From: Candidatus Latescibacterota bacterium
GTDB taxonomy: Bacteria > Latescibacterota > UBA2968 > GCA-2709665
Reading direction: 5' to 3'
DNA length: 64,000 bases
Assembly: GCA_965226795.1 (NCBI GenBank)
Contig: CBDDDZ010000005.1
Span: 224,001 to 288,000 of the forward strand
Part shown: positions 48,609-58,715 of the stretch, one piece after another
Layout of the letters: each line of letters opens with the position of its first letter
Numbering within the stretch: position 1 is the first letter of the stretch
Notes under the pieces: generated by a model
What the model was told of the DNA's origin: nothing
Database searches by the model: none
Seen by the model: the letters and a program-made list of their open reading frames with translations, nothing else
Made by a program: the position numbers and the translations under genes

Positions 48609-49931
48609 ATGAAGAAGGATACACGGAATTCACATAGCATCGCGCCGCCGGTGCATCCTCCCCCCGACGTCACCAGAATGCAGGGTTACGCTTCCCGGCT
48701 GAGCGCATCGCCCGACGACAATATCGCGTTCCGGATGACAACAATCGCCCGGTCCTACGTCGTGGCGTTCAAGCGCGTGGGAAAAACCGCCGCGGGAATC
48801 GGTGAGTTGAACGGGCTGCGAGGGAGGATGCAGGCCTGCCCCGGGAATGCTTGGGAGAACGGCTGCGATTGGGAGTCGGATTTCTACTGGATCGTGCCTG
48901 AAGAGACGCGGTCGTGGATCTATACGGCGGATTTCATGGACGAAAGGGGCGTGAAGTTCCACGTTCCGTTCGTTATCAAACCCCGTTTCCATCTGAAGGG
49001 CGACGTGGCCGTACTGGCATCCACAAACACCTGGCACGCGTATAACGGATGGGGCGGCCGGTCGGCCTACAGCGAGCCGCAGCCCAGGACCCTGAGCCTG
49101 GATCGCCCCATGCCCACGGCATCCCCCGAAGGCGAGGGCCGAAGCCATCTGTTGAGGGCCGAGATGTGGATTCTGGACTGGATGGAGGAAAGCGGTTATG
49201 CGGTGGACGTATATTCGGACATCGACTTGCATCGGGGATGGGATTGGCTGGCGGATTACAGCGCTCTCGTGATCAATACGCACAGTGAGTACTGGTCGGA
49301 GCCGATGCGAAACCACCTGGACGCCTATCTGGATGCGGGCGGGTGCCTGCTGTATCTTTCGGGAAATGGCGTTTACTGGAAGGTGACCTGGGATTCCACC
49401 TGCCGGATCATGGAAATCCGCAAAGACGGCAAGCCGCATTACCAGAATGGCGAGGACGGCGGGCTGTGGCGAAACCTGGGCCGGCCCGAGCATGCCGTGC
49501 TGGGGGTGGGATATCTACGGCCGGGATATATGACGTTTGCACCATACAAGGTCGAAGCCGCGTCTCACTGGGTATTTGAAGGCCTCGGACTGGACAACGG
49601 AGATCTGATCGGCGAAAAGGGTGTCAACGGCGGCGCGGCAAGCGGCTGGGAGGCGGATCAGGTACGGGAGCATTGGTCTCCGGAGAATATCACGGTGCTG
49701 GCAATGGGAATCAATCCGGAAGATTATATGCGAGACGGAGAATCGGCGGTCTATCCGAACGAAGAGTACGATTGGGACGGCTCGGGAGGCGCCCATATGA
49801 CCTATTACGACCATCCCGGTGGAGGCGGGGTGTTCTCGGTGGGGTCGATCGCCTTTGGCGGCAGCCTGATCGCGGACGGGTTCCTGCAGGGGACCGTGAG
49901 AAATGTGCTGGATCGGTTTCTCCGCCGATAA
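48609..49931 (+). CDS. N,N-dimethylformamidase large-subunit-like protein
   Basis: TWHAYNGWGG, HSEYWS, LSGN..YW, GWEAD, VFSVGSI. Confidence 0.8.
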   Translation: MKKDTRNSHSIAPPVHPPPDVTRMQGYASRLSASPDDNIAFRMTTIARSYVVAFKRVGKTAAGIGELNGLRGRMQACPGNAWENGCDWESDFYWIVPEETRSWIYTADFMDERGVKFHVPFVIKPRFHLKGDVAVLASTNTWHAYNGWGGRSAYSEPQPRTLSLDRPMPTASPEGEGRSHLLRAEMWILDWMEESGYAVDVYSDIDLHRGWDWLADYSALVINTHSEYWSEPMRNHLDAYLDAGGCLLYLSGNGVYWKVTWDSTCRIMEIRKDGKPHYQNGEDGGLWRNLGRPEHAVLGVGYLRPGYMTFAPYKVEAASHWVFEGLGLDNGDLIGEKGVNGGAASGWEADQVREHWSPENITVLAMGINPEDYMRDGESAVYPNEEYDWDGSGGAHMTYYDHPGGGGVFSVGSIAFGGSLIADGFLQGTVRNVLDRFLRR

Positions 49932-49947
49932 AATAAGGGACGAATCA

Positions 49948-50835
49948 ATGGCTGACGGACGGATGGCCGCATGCTACGATCTGCACCTGCACACGTACTG
50001 GAGCTATGATGCTCTTGCGCGGCCGGAGAACCATTTCAAACGCGCCCGGGAACTCGGGGTCGCCTGCTTCGCCATTACGGACCACCACGTGCTGGATTCG
50101 CTTCCGGAGGTACTGGAGATCTCGCAGCGCTACCCCGAGGTGCGTGTGGTGCCATCGGCCGAATTGACGATGACAACGTCGATTGGATCCGTAGATCTTC
50201 TGTGTTACGGTTTTCCCGCGGAACTGCCCTCTGCGATGAAACAGGTGCTTGAAGCGTATCACCGCTGGCAACGTGACTACGGCGCCGCGATTTCAGCAGG
50301 CCTGATGGCTCTGGGATACGGGTTTTCCGACGAGGACCGGCTGGATCTACTGAGGTCCTATCGGCCAGAGAAGACGATCGAGGTGCAGGGAAATACTCAC
50401 GTGAAGGGCGGCGTGATCCAGCAGTACTGCGTGGCGCGGGGATTCATCGACCGGATCGAGGACTACGGAGATCTGATGTCGCGAGCGGGTGCAGCGACGC
50501 GGTTTCCGCCTTATCCCCACGCGAAGGATGCGATGCCGGCCGTCAAGGAAGCGGGCGCGCTGGTGGCGATCGCGCATCCGTTCGGCTATTTCAGGGAAGA
50601 CAACGTGGAACGGATGGACGCGCTTCGCACAGAGTGCTCGCTGGACGGGATCGAATGCGCCCATCCCGGCGTGCCGCCGGCGTTCACGGCGAAATACCGG
50701 GAATATTGCGAACGTCACGGGCTGTTCTCCACGGGCGGATCCGATTGCCATACCGATGAGGACGTGGAGAGGGGTTTCGCGGGGCACGGAGGCCCCGACG
50801 AGTGGCTGGACGAATTCCTGGAACGGTTGGACTGA
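49948..50835 (+). CDS. PHP-domain phosphoesterase
   Basis: DLHLHT, AITDH, AHP, TGGSDCH. Confidence 0.88.
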   Translation: MADGRMAACYDLHLHTYWSYDALARPENHFKRARELGVACFAITDHHVLDSLPEVLEISQRYPEVRVVPSAELTMTTSIGSVDLLCYGFPAELPSAMKQVLEAYHRWQRDYGAAISAGLMALGYGFSDEDRLDLLRSYRPEKTIEVQGNTHVKGGVIQQYCVARGFIDRIEDYGDLMSRAGAATRFPPYPHAKDAMPAVKEAGALVAIAHPFGYFREDNVERMDALRTECSLDGIECAHPGVPPAFTAKYREYCERHGLFSTGGSDCHTDEDVERGFAGHGGPDEWLDEFLERLD

Positions 50836-50916
50836 CGAGCGGCTGGCAAGATTGTTGAAAACGGCCGGTCGGAGCAAACCTGTTCAAAAAAACCGCCGGT
50901 GCAGAGGTTTTATCAT

Positions 50917-50942
50917 GGGACCGAGGGCATCCTGCCCTCGAA
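50917..50942 (+). repeat. REP-like palindrome, copy 1
   Basis: GGGACCGAGGGCATCCTGCCCTCGAA; 25/26 identical to 52765-52790. Confidence 0.7.
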
Positions 50943-51079
50943 AACCGTTTGACGACCAGGACGCCTGCCTCTAAGGCGAAAAACGAAGGGGAGGTGGTTG
51001 ATTTTCTCACGTCTTCCCTCTTGCTTCCAACCGATTCATTGGCGAAAAAAAAAGAAGGTTTACCGCGAGTGTTGATACA

Positions 51080-52711
51080 ATGAAAGCCTCAGATCTTTTC
51101 GTAAAGGCCCTCGAGGCCGAGGGCGTGGAATTTATCTTCGCCATCCCCGGCGAGGAGAACCTGGACCTGCTCGAGTCGCTTCGCAATTCGAGCATTCGCG
51201 TCATTCTCACCCGGCACGAGCAGGCGGCGGGCTTCATGGCCGCTACGTACGGCCGCCTCACCGGCAAGACCGGGGTGTGCATGTCCACCCTTGGTCCCGG
51301 GGCGACGAATTTCGTAACCGCGGCGGCGTACGCCCAGCTGGGTGGCATGCCGCTGCTGATGATCACGGGGCAGAAGCCCATCAAGTCGAGCAAACAGGGA
51401 CACTTCCAGATCGTGGACGTGGTTGAGATGATGCGCCCCCTCACGAAGTACACCACCCGAATTGTCAGCGGTGCGACCATTCCGCCGCGAGTGCGGGAGG
51501 CGTTCCGCGTGGCGGAAGAGGAGCGACCCGGGGCCGTGCACCTGGAGTTGCCCGAGGACATCGCCGCGGAAGAGGCGGTAGCGCATCTTTTTCCCAGGGA
51601 TCGGGTCCGGCGCCCGGTGGCGGAGGCCAAGGCGGTCTCCCGGGCCGTCGCCAGGATCCAGGATGCTCGCCGGCCGTTGCTGCTGGTGGGTGCAGGAGCC
51701 AATCGCAAGCGAACGTCAAATATGCTGGCCCGGTTCATAGACATCACGGGCATACCCTGGTTCAACACTCAAATGGGCAAGGGCGTGGTGGACGAGCGCC
51801 ATCCGCTGTACCTGGGGAACGCGGCAATGTCTTCCGGCGATGCCATTCATTGCGCCATCGAGCGGGCCGATCTGATTATCAACGTGGGCCACGACGTGGT
51901 GGAGAAGCCGCCTTTTCTGATGCAGGATGGGGGCCTTCATGTAATCCACGTCAACTTCTCCTCCGCCGAGGTCGATCCCGTGTACTTTCCGCAACTCGAG
52001 GTGATCGGCGACATCGGCAACAGCCTGTGGCAGATCTGCCAGCGGATCGAACCCCAGCCCCACTGGTCGTTCGACTACTTCATTCGAGTGAAGGAGTGGG
52101 CCGACAGGAAGTTGGCCGCCGGAGATGATGACGACCGCTTTCCGGTACTGCCGCAGCGGCTGGTGGCCGACGTTCGGCGCGTGCTGCCCGACGACGGCCT
52201 GATCGCCCTCGATAACGGCGTCTACAAGATCTGGTTCGCGCTCAACTACCGCGCCCACCAGCCGAATACCGTGTTGCTGGACAACGCCCTGGCAACCATG
52301 GGCGCCGGTCTTCCCTCCGCCATGGCGGCCAGCCTGCTTTACCCGGATCGCGAGGTGGTGGCGATCTGCGGCGATGGCGGCTTTATGATGAACTCACAGG
52401 AGTTGGAGACCGCGGTGCGCCTGGGCCTCAATCTGGTGGTGCTGGTTCTTCGGGATAACGCCTACGGAATGATCAAGTGGAAGCAGGCCCACATGGGCCT
52501 GGCCGATTTCGGGCTGGATTACGGGAATCCCGATTTCGTGCGCTACGCCGAAAGCTACGGCGCCGCGGGGCACAGGGTGGAACGGACGGATCAACTGGCG
52601 GGATTGCTCAAAGGGTGCCTCGAGTCCGGTGGCGTACACCTGATCGAAGTGCCCGTGGATTATTCCGAAAACCACCAACTGTTGGACGGACAACTGGTGT
52701 GTCCCCTGTAA
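51080..52711 (+). CDS. Acetolactate synthase large-subunit-like TPP enzyme
   Basis: RHEQAAGFMA, GPGATN, GDGGFMMN..N; no small subunit gene nearby. Confidence 0.9.
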   Translation: MKASDLFVKALEAEGVEFIFAIPGEENLDLLESLRNSSIRVILTRHEQAAGFMAATYGRLTGKTGVCMSTLGPGATNFVTAAAYAQLGGMPLLMITGQKPIKSSKQGHFQIVDVVEMMRPLTKYTTRIVSGATIPPRVREAFRVAEEERPGAVHLELPEDIAAEEAVAHLFPRDRVRRPVAEAKAVSRAVARIQDARRPLLLVGAGANRKRTSNMLARFIDITGIPWFNTQMGKGVVDERHPLYLGNAAMSSGDAIHCAIERADLIINVGHDVVEKPPFLMQDGGLHVIHVNFSSAEVDPVYFPQLEVIGDIGNSLWQICQRIEPQPHWSFDYFIRVKEWADRKLAAGDDDDRFPVLPQRLVADVRRVLPDDGLIALDNGVYKIWFALNYRAHQPNTVLLDNALATMGAGLPSAMAASLLYPDREVVAICGDGGFMMNSQELETAVRLGLNLVVLVLRDNAYGMIKWKQAHMGLADFGLDYGNPDFVRYAESYGAAGHRVERTDQLAGLLKGCLESGGVHLIEVPVDYSENHQLLDGQLVCPL

Positions 52712-52764
52712 TGGACTCGGTTTCGCTTTGGACGGTCGTATTCTCGCCAACAGGGTATCCCCAC

Positions 52765-52790
52765 GGGACCGAGGGCATCCCGCCCTCGAA
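52765..52790 (+). repeat. REP-like palindrome, copy 2
   Basis: GGGACCGAGGGCATCCCGCCCTCGAA. Confidence 0.7.
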
Positions 52791-52947
52791 GCGGGAACGA
52801 CAGCTACTTGCCAATCAACCCAACGCCGTCATCTACGACTTGCGAATCGGGTTTCCGACCATGTATCGAATCGGGGCCACGGACGCCCTTCCGAAGTCCA
52901 CCATAGCCGGATATTCACAGTGAAATCTCCCCAGGGAGTACACATTA

Positions 52948-54816
52948 ATGAAGCCATTCTCAGAAGATCTGCTCGCGAAACTGAATAACGCAACGGTGGC
53001 GCCGCCAGAGACAAGGCCGCGAGTCCTGCTGGGCGCGGAGGAGGTGTCGGAGGTTCGAGACCGGGCGAGCGCGACACCGGGGTTTGTGGACAAGCTTGTC
53101 GTGTCGGCCAGAGAAGCTTCCGGCAGTGAGGATCTTTTCGGCGACGCCCCGGAGCTTCCGTACTTCTGCCAGACGCCGCTCCGGTCTCTGGCAAACGCTG
53201 CCTTTATTCTTGAGGATGAGGTGTTCGCGGCCAGGGCGCTGGCGGGCGTGGAGGTGATGTTCTCATTTCCGCCTGAGGAGTGGGTGGCGCGTCCTCACCG
53301 CCCCATGCGATGTGACCACGCCATGCTGAACGTGGCATCAGCAATCGGTTTGACGATGGACCTCTGCTCTGAACTCTGGCCGGCTGACGCGGTAGCGTCG
53401 ATCTCCGAGCGAATCAACGCGTATACGGTCGCCCGGTTTCTCGAGACCTGGGAAAAACAGGATGCGCACTGGTCAAGTCCGGACTACCATTGGAACTGGA
53501 AGATCATGTGCTGCGGCGAGATGGGTACGGCTGCAATCGCGTGTGCGGAGGCAATTTCGGATATCGACGCGGTGTTGCGGGCGGCGCTCGAAGGATGTCT
53601 GGACATTCTGGATTTCGTGCCGCCGGAAGGGGACTGGGCGGAGGGCCCCGGTTACTGGCTGGGCACATTAGGTCACGGCGTGAAGTTCGGCGTCGGGCTG
53701 CGTCGGGCAACGGGCGGAGCGGTGAATCTGTTCGAGCATCCGGCATTGCGGGAAACGGGGGACTATATCGTTCACGTGACCGAGCCCGACGGACAGGTGT
53801 ACAATTTCAACGATAACGGGATTTCCCTTGGCCCCAGTCTCGACTACTTGCTGCTGCTGGCAAATCTGAACCGTCGGGGAGACTGGGCGCGAACCGCCCG
53901 GGCCAGCGACCATGCGACGGTGGAGCGTCTTATCTGGGACGATCCATCTCTGGCCGACGCGATTCCGAGCGAGACCTCCCGAAGTTATCCCACAACCGGT
54001 GTGGCGACCATGCGCAGCGGATGGGACGACCAGGCGACCTTTGTGGGCCTCAAATCGGGTTCGAGCGCCGTCGGCCACTCACAGCTCGACGCGAATTCAT
54101 TTGTGGTCACCTCGCGTGGGGAACGGCTGTTGATCGACGAAGGTATCTGGCCGTACGGCCACGCGCTCGGGTTTTTCGACAGCGACGGGGGCGAGCGGTG
54201 GAATTTTGACGGAAACGGGACGATCGGGCACAATACGGTGATGGTCGACGGCGAGGGTCAGCGTTACGGGGCCGACTATCCAGGGAGGATCGTTTCTTTC
54301 GAGCGTGGTAAAGAGGTGGACGTAGCCGTCGGAGACGCGACCGCGGCTTACGGCGGGAAACTGAAACAATATCTGCGCACGCTGGCTTTCTTGAAACCTG
54401 ATGTGGTTCTGGTCTACGACCGGATTTCGTCCGAGGAGCCCCGGCTGCTGGAGTGGTTGTTCCATCACCGGGCCGAGGTGTCGGGCGACGAGCGGCTAAC
54501 CGGGTTCAGGCGGAACGGCGTGACGTTGTCGCTGTCCAGAGTGATTCCGGAACACATGGAATGCTGGCGGATGAGCGACGTGAAGCGGACCAGCATGTAC
54601 ACGGAGTCCAACCAGTATCGACCCCATCGGGTCAGCGTCGAATATCGAAGTTTCGGGCCGTTTCATCCATGCCGGGAAATCGAGGTGTTGTGGGCGATTC
54701 ACGTGGGGGACGCTTCAGATCGACCGGAAGTCGAGGCTTCGGTGGGGGATCGGACGGCGACGGTCCGGGTGGTGTCCGGGGGCGGGAACGAGCGGAGCGT
54801 GACGCTCAGGAAGTAG
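52948..54816 (+). CDS. Heparinase II/III-family polysaccharide lyase-like protein
   Basis: NW, G.W.EG.GYW, FND, MRSGW, GHSQLD.NSF, HNTVMVDG.GQ. Confidence 0.83.
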   Translation: MKPFSEDLLAKLNNATVAPPETRPRVLLGAEEVSEVRDRASATPGFVDKLVVSAREASGSEDLFGDAPELPYFCQTPLRSLANAAFILEDEVFAARALAGVEVMFSFPPEEWVARPHRPMRCDHAMLNVASAIGLTMDLCSELWPADAVASISERINAYTVARFLETWEKQDAHWSSPDYHWNWKIMCCGEMGTAAIACAEAISDIDAVLRAALEGCLDILDFVPPEGDWAEGPGYWLGTLGHGVKFGVGLRRATGGAVNLFEHPALRETGDYIVHVTEPDGQVYNFNDNGISLGPSLDYLLLLANLNRRGDWARTARASDHATVERLIWDDPSLADAIPSETSRSYPTTGVATMRSGWDDQATFVGLKSGSSAVGHSQLDANSFVVTSRGERLLIDEGIWPYGHALGFFDSDGGERWNFDGNGTIGHNTVMVDGEGQRYGADYPGRIVSFERGKEVDVAVGDATAAYGGKLKQYLRTLAFLKPDVVLVYDRISSEEPRLLEWLFHHRAEVSGDERLTGFRRNGVTLSLSRVIPEHMECWRMSDVKRTSMYTESNQYRPHRVSVEYRSFGPFHPCREIEVLWAIHVGDASDRPEVEASVGDRTATVRVVSGGGNERSVTLRK

Positions 54817-54831
54817 CCCGTCGCGCACGGT

Positions 54832-57063
54832 TCAGTTCGATGGCGGCGCTTTGCTCTGCGACGACTGTCTTGAATTTTCGCGCCGTGCGCTCCGTTCCGC
54901 CCTGATTTTTTCAATCAGCCATCCGTATTGCAGGAGTGTCTGGTCGTTGGTCTTTTTCTCCGCAGTAAGCTTTATATATCTGTTCAGGTACCTCGCCCCC
55001 CTTTCCGCCATGCCCACCCGGATCAGGCCCACGTAGGCCCCGGCCGACAGCCCGGAGTCCGCGATCCTGCGAAGTTCCCTCTTCGCGTCCGCGTGTCTGC
55101 CCTCCGCAAGATAGACCTCGCGGAGCAACAGGCGTCCCAGCGCGAAAGCCGGCTTCACCTCCAGGCTGCGCCGGAACGCGCTTTCGGCCCGCTTCCAGGC
55201 CTTCCGATGGTAGGCGACCACGCCGGCATGGACGTATCTGTCCGGCAGTGCCGGGTCTGTCCGGACTTCCGCCTTCCACTGCTCGAGCAGTTCCTGCACG
55301 TTGGCGTTCGTACGTCGGTACACTGCAACACTGGGATGATCGAATCCCGTGATCGTGGGTTCGGCGTCCGCTTCGGAAAACGTGTATCCCAGAATTTCGG
55401 GGGCGACTTTGAACAGCGCGACCCGTTCAAAGCCCAGGCTCTCATCGGCCAGGCGGCGGTAGTAGGTGTGAGCGACCGGGTATCGATGCGGCACCTTCAT
55501 GAACGGTCGCATGCGGTTCTCCTCGATCACGACAATCCATTTGACGCCGGACAACCGGTTTTGTATGAATTCGACGTGTGCCTCGTAGGGCAGGTTGCCG
55601 TCGGCACTGAGAAACCAGGCCGCCTCGTCCAGCCTTTGTTTGTACCGCCCCGCCGGCGCCATCCAGGACGTCGGGTATCCGCCCCGCTCTGCCAGCACAC
55701 GTTCCCCTTCGGGGATATTCCGCTTTATCCATCCGGCGGCTTCGAAACGGCCGCTTGACCGGTAGACGCGGGATGTCGCAATACCGTAGGCAACTGTGGG
55801 AACAACCACAAGCGCTACGGGCAGAGCGTAAACCCACACCTGGTTCAGACGCCGGCGCATCCAACCTGCGGCCTCAACACAGGCCCAGGCACCCATCACC
55901 GCCATCAGCGGTTGCATCGGTGTGGTATAACGGACAGGTTTGGTGTGGAGTCCCGCCACCATAAGGAAGTATGGCGCCAGCCAGGCCAGCAAAACCCACC
56001 ATTTCCTTTCCCGCTTCCAGATGGCCAGTGCGACACCGCACAGCGCCGCGATTTCAAGGGGCGTTCCCAGCGCGTACCGGAATAGATGGGTGATAAAGAA
56101 CAAATAGGGTGTGGTGGAGAAATCGTAGAGTCCCCAGATGCGGATCGTCTGCCCCTTCGCTATCTTCATGCTGGGCAGGAAATTCCTCATGTCTTTCGAA
56201 CTGAAGAATTCTCCTGGCGTGAGCAGGAGGGGTTCGCAGACCACCACAACCGCAACCACGACCGCCCCGCAAAGCAGCGCTCTCGGCGTAACCGCCGGCT
56301 TCAGACGGCGCCAGACCCTTTCGGCCGCCGCCGCCAACCACCGCCACCTGCGGCTGCGTTTACGTTTCCCACGCCGGACTTCGCCGGTCTCCGTCCGTGC
56401 CTGCGCCGGCCAAACGTGTGCCAGCAGAAAAGGCAGGCACAGCATTCCCGCCATCAGCCGCGTTCCTGCAGCCATTCCGCACACAAGCCCGCAGATCAGG
56501 TAGGGACGGGTGCGGTCCGATGGCAGTTTCAGGATGAGGTAGACGCCCAGGGTGATCCAGAACGCAAGGGACACGTCCACGGTGTAGAAGTGGCACTGCT
56601 GGATGTGCCCGGCGCAAAACGCCAGTAGGGTCGCGCTGAGAACGCCGGTCCGGATTCCAGCCAGATGGCGGCCGATGGCGAATACGACCCACACGGTCAG
56701 AATGCCCAGCGTGGCAGAGATCCCCCGACCCACGAGGTGGGTGAATTTCACCGACCTGTTGTCGTCTTTGTCGAACGGTTCAATTCCTGCAACGAAACCT
56801 GCGCCACGAGCCATGACCCACAGAACGTACGCCGGGCCCTTGGCATAGGCCGTGACCGCCCGGGTTATTTCCACGCCCACCAGCCCGGCGCTCTCGACAA
56901 CCGTACGTTCATCGGGATGGAAGGCGTGAAACCTGCCGGTTTCGGGATCGGTTCCCCAGCCTATCCCATAGAACCTCAAAGCTGCCGATGCAATCAGGAT
57001 GAGGATAAGGAGCGCGTATGCGCTCCGATTTTCTTTTAAACTCGACATTGTGGTGTCGGTCAT
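54832..57063 (-). CDS. GT-C membrane glycosyltransferase (GT39/ArnT-like) with C-terminal TPR-like region
   Basis: ALRFYGIGWG, HPDE, HFYTVD, many transmembrane helices, C-terminal AESAFRRSLEVKP. Confidence 0.82.
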   Translation of the reverse strand: MTDTTMSSLKENRSAYALLILILIASAALRFYGIGWGTDPETGRFHAFHPDERTVVESAGLVGVEITRAVTAYAKGPAYVLWVMARGAGFVAGIEPFDKDDNRSVKFTHLVGRGISATLGILTVWVVFAIGRHLAGIRTGVLSATLLAFCAGHIQQCHFYTVDVSLAFWITLGVYLILKLPSDRTRPYLICGLVCGMAAGTRLMAGMLCLPFLLAHVWPAQARTETGEVRRGKRKRSRRWRWLAAAAERVWRRLKPAVTPRALLCGAVVVAVVVVCEPLLLTPGEFFSSKDMRNFLPSMKIAKGQTIRIWGLYDFSTTPYLFFITHLFRYALGTPLEIAALCGVALAIWKRERKWWVLLAWLAPYFLMVAGLHTKPVRYTTPMQPLMAVMGAWACVEAAGWMRRRLNQVWVYALPVALVVVPTVAYGIATSRVYRSSGRFEAAGWIKRNIPEGERVLAERGGYPTSWMAPAGRYKQRLDEAAWFLSADGNLPYEAHVEFIQNRLSGVKWIVVIEENRMRPFMKVPHRYPVAHTYYRRLADESLGFERVALFKVAPEILGYTFSEADAEPTITGFDHPSVAVYRRTNANVQELLEQWKAEVRTDPALPDRYVHAGVVAYHRKAWKRAESAFRRSLEVKPAFALGRLLLREVYLAEGRHADAKRELRRIADSGLSAGAYVGLIRVGMAERGARYLNRYIKLTAEKKTNDQTLLQYGWLIEKIRAERSARRENSRQSSQSKAPPSN

Positions 57064-57073
57064 CGCGGGCGCC

Positions 57074-57817
57074 TTATCGATATTTGCGGCAGATTTCGAC
57101 CATTCCGAATATGGCGATGACGAAATCGCGAAACCTGATCTTCGATCCGGCCGCGTCGCGCCATTCCGAAAGCGGGACCTCGTACACGATATCCCGCACC
57201 TGTGGTCGTTGCGTGCCCGTTCTGGCGCGCATGAGCCTCGCGATGATTTCGATGTCGAAAATCCATCGGGTAACGAAGGGTTCATGAAACAGGGCCGCCA
57301 GGCCCTGCGTTACCCGGAAGAGTTTCGCGCCGCATTGTGTGTCATAAATGTCGACGCAAAGAAATAAGGAGGCCGTGGTCGCGAACAGCCTGCTCAAAAA
57401 GTGTCTCAACCGGTTCCGCCTGATCGACCTTCCCAAAAGGCGCACCCTTGCGCCGAAGGCCATCTCGATGTCCGGCCTGCCTTCGAGGACGTCGCGGAAC
57501 TCCGGGATGGCGTCCAGCGGTGTCGCGAGGTCCGCATCCCAGAATCCGACGTAGTCGGGGTTGGATTCAAATGCTTTCAGAAATCCGTGCCGTACCGCCT
57601 CGCCCTTGCCGGAATTCACCACGAGGGTATGGACGTCAAAGGATTCGGGATCCGACGCCCGCAGGGTGCGCAGGACCCCGTCTGTGGCATCCGTGCTGCC
57701 GTCGTCGACGAACAGAAACCTGATGCCACGCGACCGCTTGACGAATCCCTGAAACGCCTCAACCGGAAGACGGCCTGCTTCGTTGTAGCACGGGACGACG
57801 ATGATCGTTTCCGACAT
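57074..57817 (-). CDS. GT2 polyprenol-phosphate glycosyltransferase (DPM/DPG synthase-like)
   Basis: VVPCYNE, VDDGSTD, NSGKG.AV, DADL, DTQCGAK, W.FD.E. Confidence 0.9.
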   Translation of the reverse strand: MSETIIVVPCYNEAGRLPVEAFQGFVKRSRGIRFLFVDDGSTDATDGVLRTLRASDPESFDVHTLVVNSGKGEAVRHGFLKAFESNPDYVGFWDADLATPLDAIPEFRDVLEGRPDIEMAFGARVRLLGRSIRRNRLRHFLSRLFATTASLFLCVDIYDTQCGAKLFRVTQGLAALFHEPFVTRWIFDIEIIARLMRARTGTQRPQVRDIVYEVPLSEWRDAAGSKIRFRDFVIAIFGMVEICRKYR

Positions 57818-57879
57818 GCGATTTGACTCGTGACGACGTAATGCAGGCAGCAGCAGGAAAGACAATCAACTCACACGAA

Positions 57880-57929
57880 GCCACAAAGACACAAAGACAA
57901 AACTCAGCTGTCAGCGTACAGCGGTCAGC
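57880..57929 (+). repeat. Short tandem repeats
   Basis: CACAAAGA x2-3, then TCAGCTG TCAGCGT ACAGCGG TCAGC. Confidence 0.5.
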
Positions 57930-57933
57930 CCAA

Positions 57934-58217
57934 AGCGGTACGACCGCTAATCCACGCAGCGTTCCTTCCCTGTCCGCCTAGCGCCCGCACGGCTGTGGAG
58001 TGGGGGGTTTTGTTTTTCCGCGTTATTCCGTTCAGCAACGTCGTTTTGGATAGCCTGCGGCGCCGGCAGGGCAACATCGTACGCATTCTCCATTGCGGCA
58101 GTTCGCGGAAAAACCGGCCCCGTGCCGAACGGCCTGCCTGCGCCGAGCCGTGCTCGGCAGGCAGGCGCCGTTCTTTTTCGTCCTTTTTCTTGGGCGTACA
58201 AGAAAAAGGACGAAAAA
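57934..58217 (+). repeat. Dispersed non-coding element, copy C (most complete)
   Basis: Homologous to copies A and B. Begins with hairpin AGCGGT-ACG-ACCGCT and ends with a perfect 19-bp stem at 58174-58217. Confidence 0.8.
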
Positions 58218-58534
58218 AACAAAAAAAGAGAGAAAGGGACATGACCTGACAGGCGCCAAGTACAACCCATCATCAGCCGTTTTCGATTGTTACCCCGTAA
58301 CCGGTTCTGCCGTCTCGGCATTCTGGCAAAATATATCGTATGGCGATTCGCGTGTCAATTGAATCACCGGGTGCGGCTGCCGATCGTTTGAGGCGCGTAC
58401 ACCCGCTTCTGCGGGCACGAGATCGGTCCCCGTGGCGCTGTATCACATGGTTTGGGCACGGTGTTTCCGTTCTGGATTCGGGACAACCTGCCGGGCTTGA
58501 CAAAGGGATGCGGAGGCCGTAAATTTCGGCTGGC

Positions 58535-58700
58535 TAACAGTCCGTTGATAAAGTCGCTCTGCAGGCGAGGCCGAGCCATTGTGACCGAAGACAAGGCGCG
58601 CGACCGAGTCGAATCTGGGGATTCGGGGAGGGAGCGCAACGCAGTAATTCGGGCACAAGAGCCGGCCGCAGCCCGGATGGACTTTTTCAACGGGCTGCTA
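58535..58700. mobile_element. MITE-like element
   Basis: Terminal inverted repeats TAACAGTCCGTTGATAAAGT / ACTTTTTCAACGGGCTGCTA (17/20 match) with TA at both ends. Confidence 0.7.
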
Positions 58701-58715
58701 AGAAGGCGCCGGACA

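Noticed and set aside
57064..57285. N-terminal extension of the GT-C ORF
   Set aside because: Overlaps the GT2 gene; the start at 57063 is more plausible.
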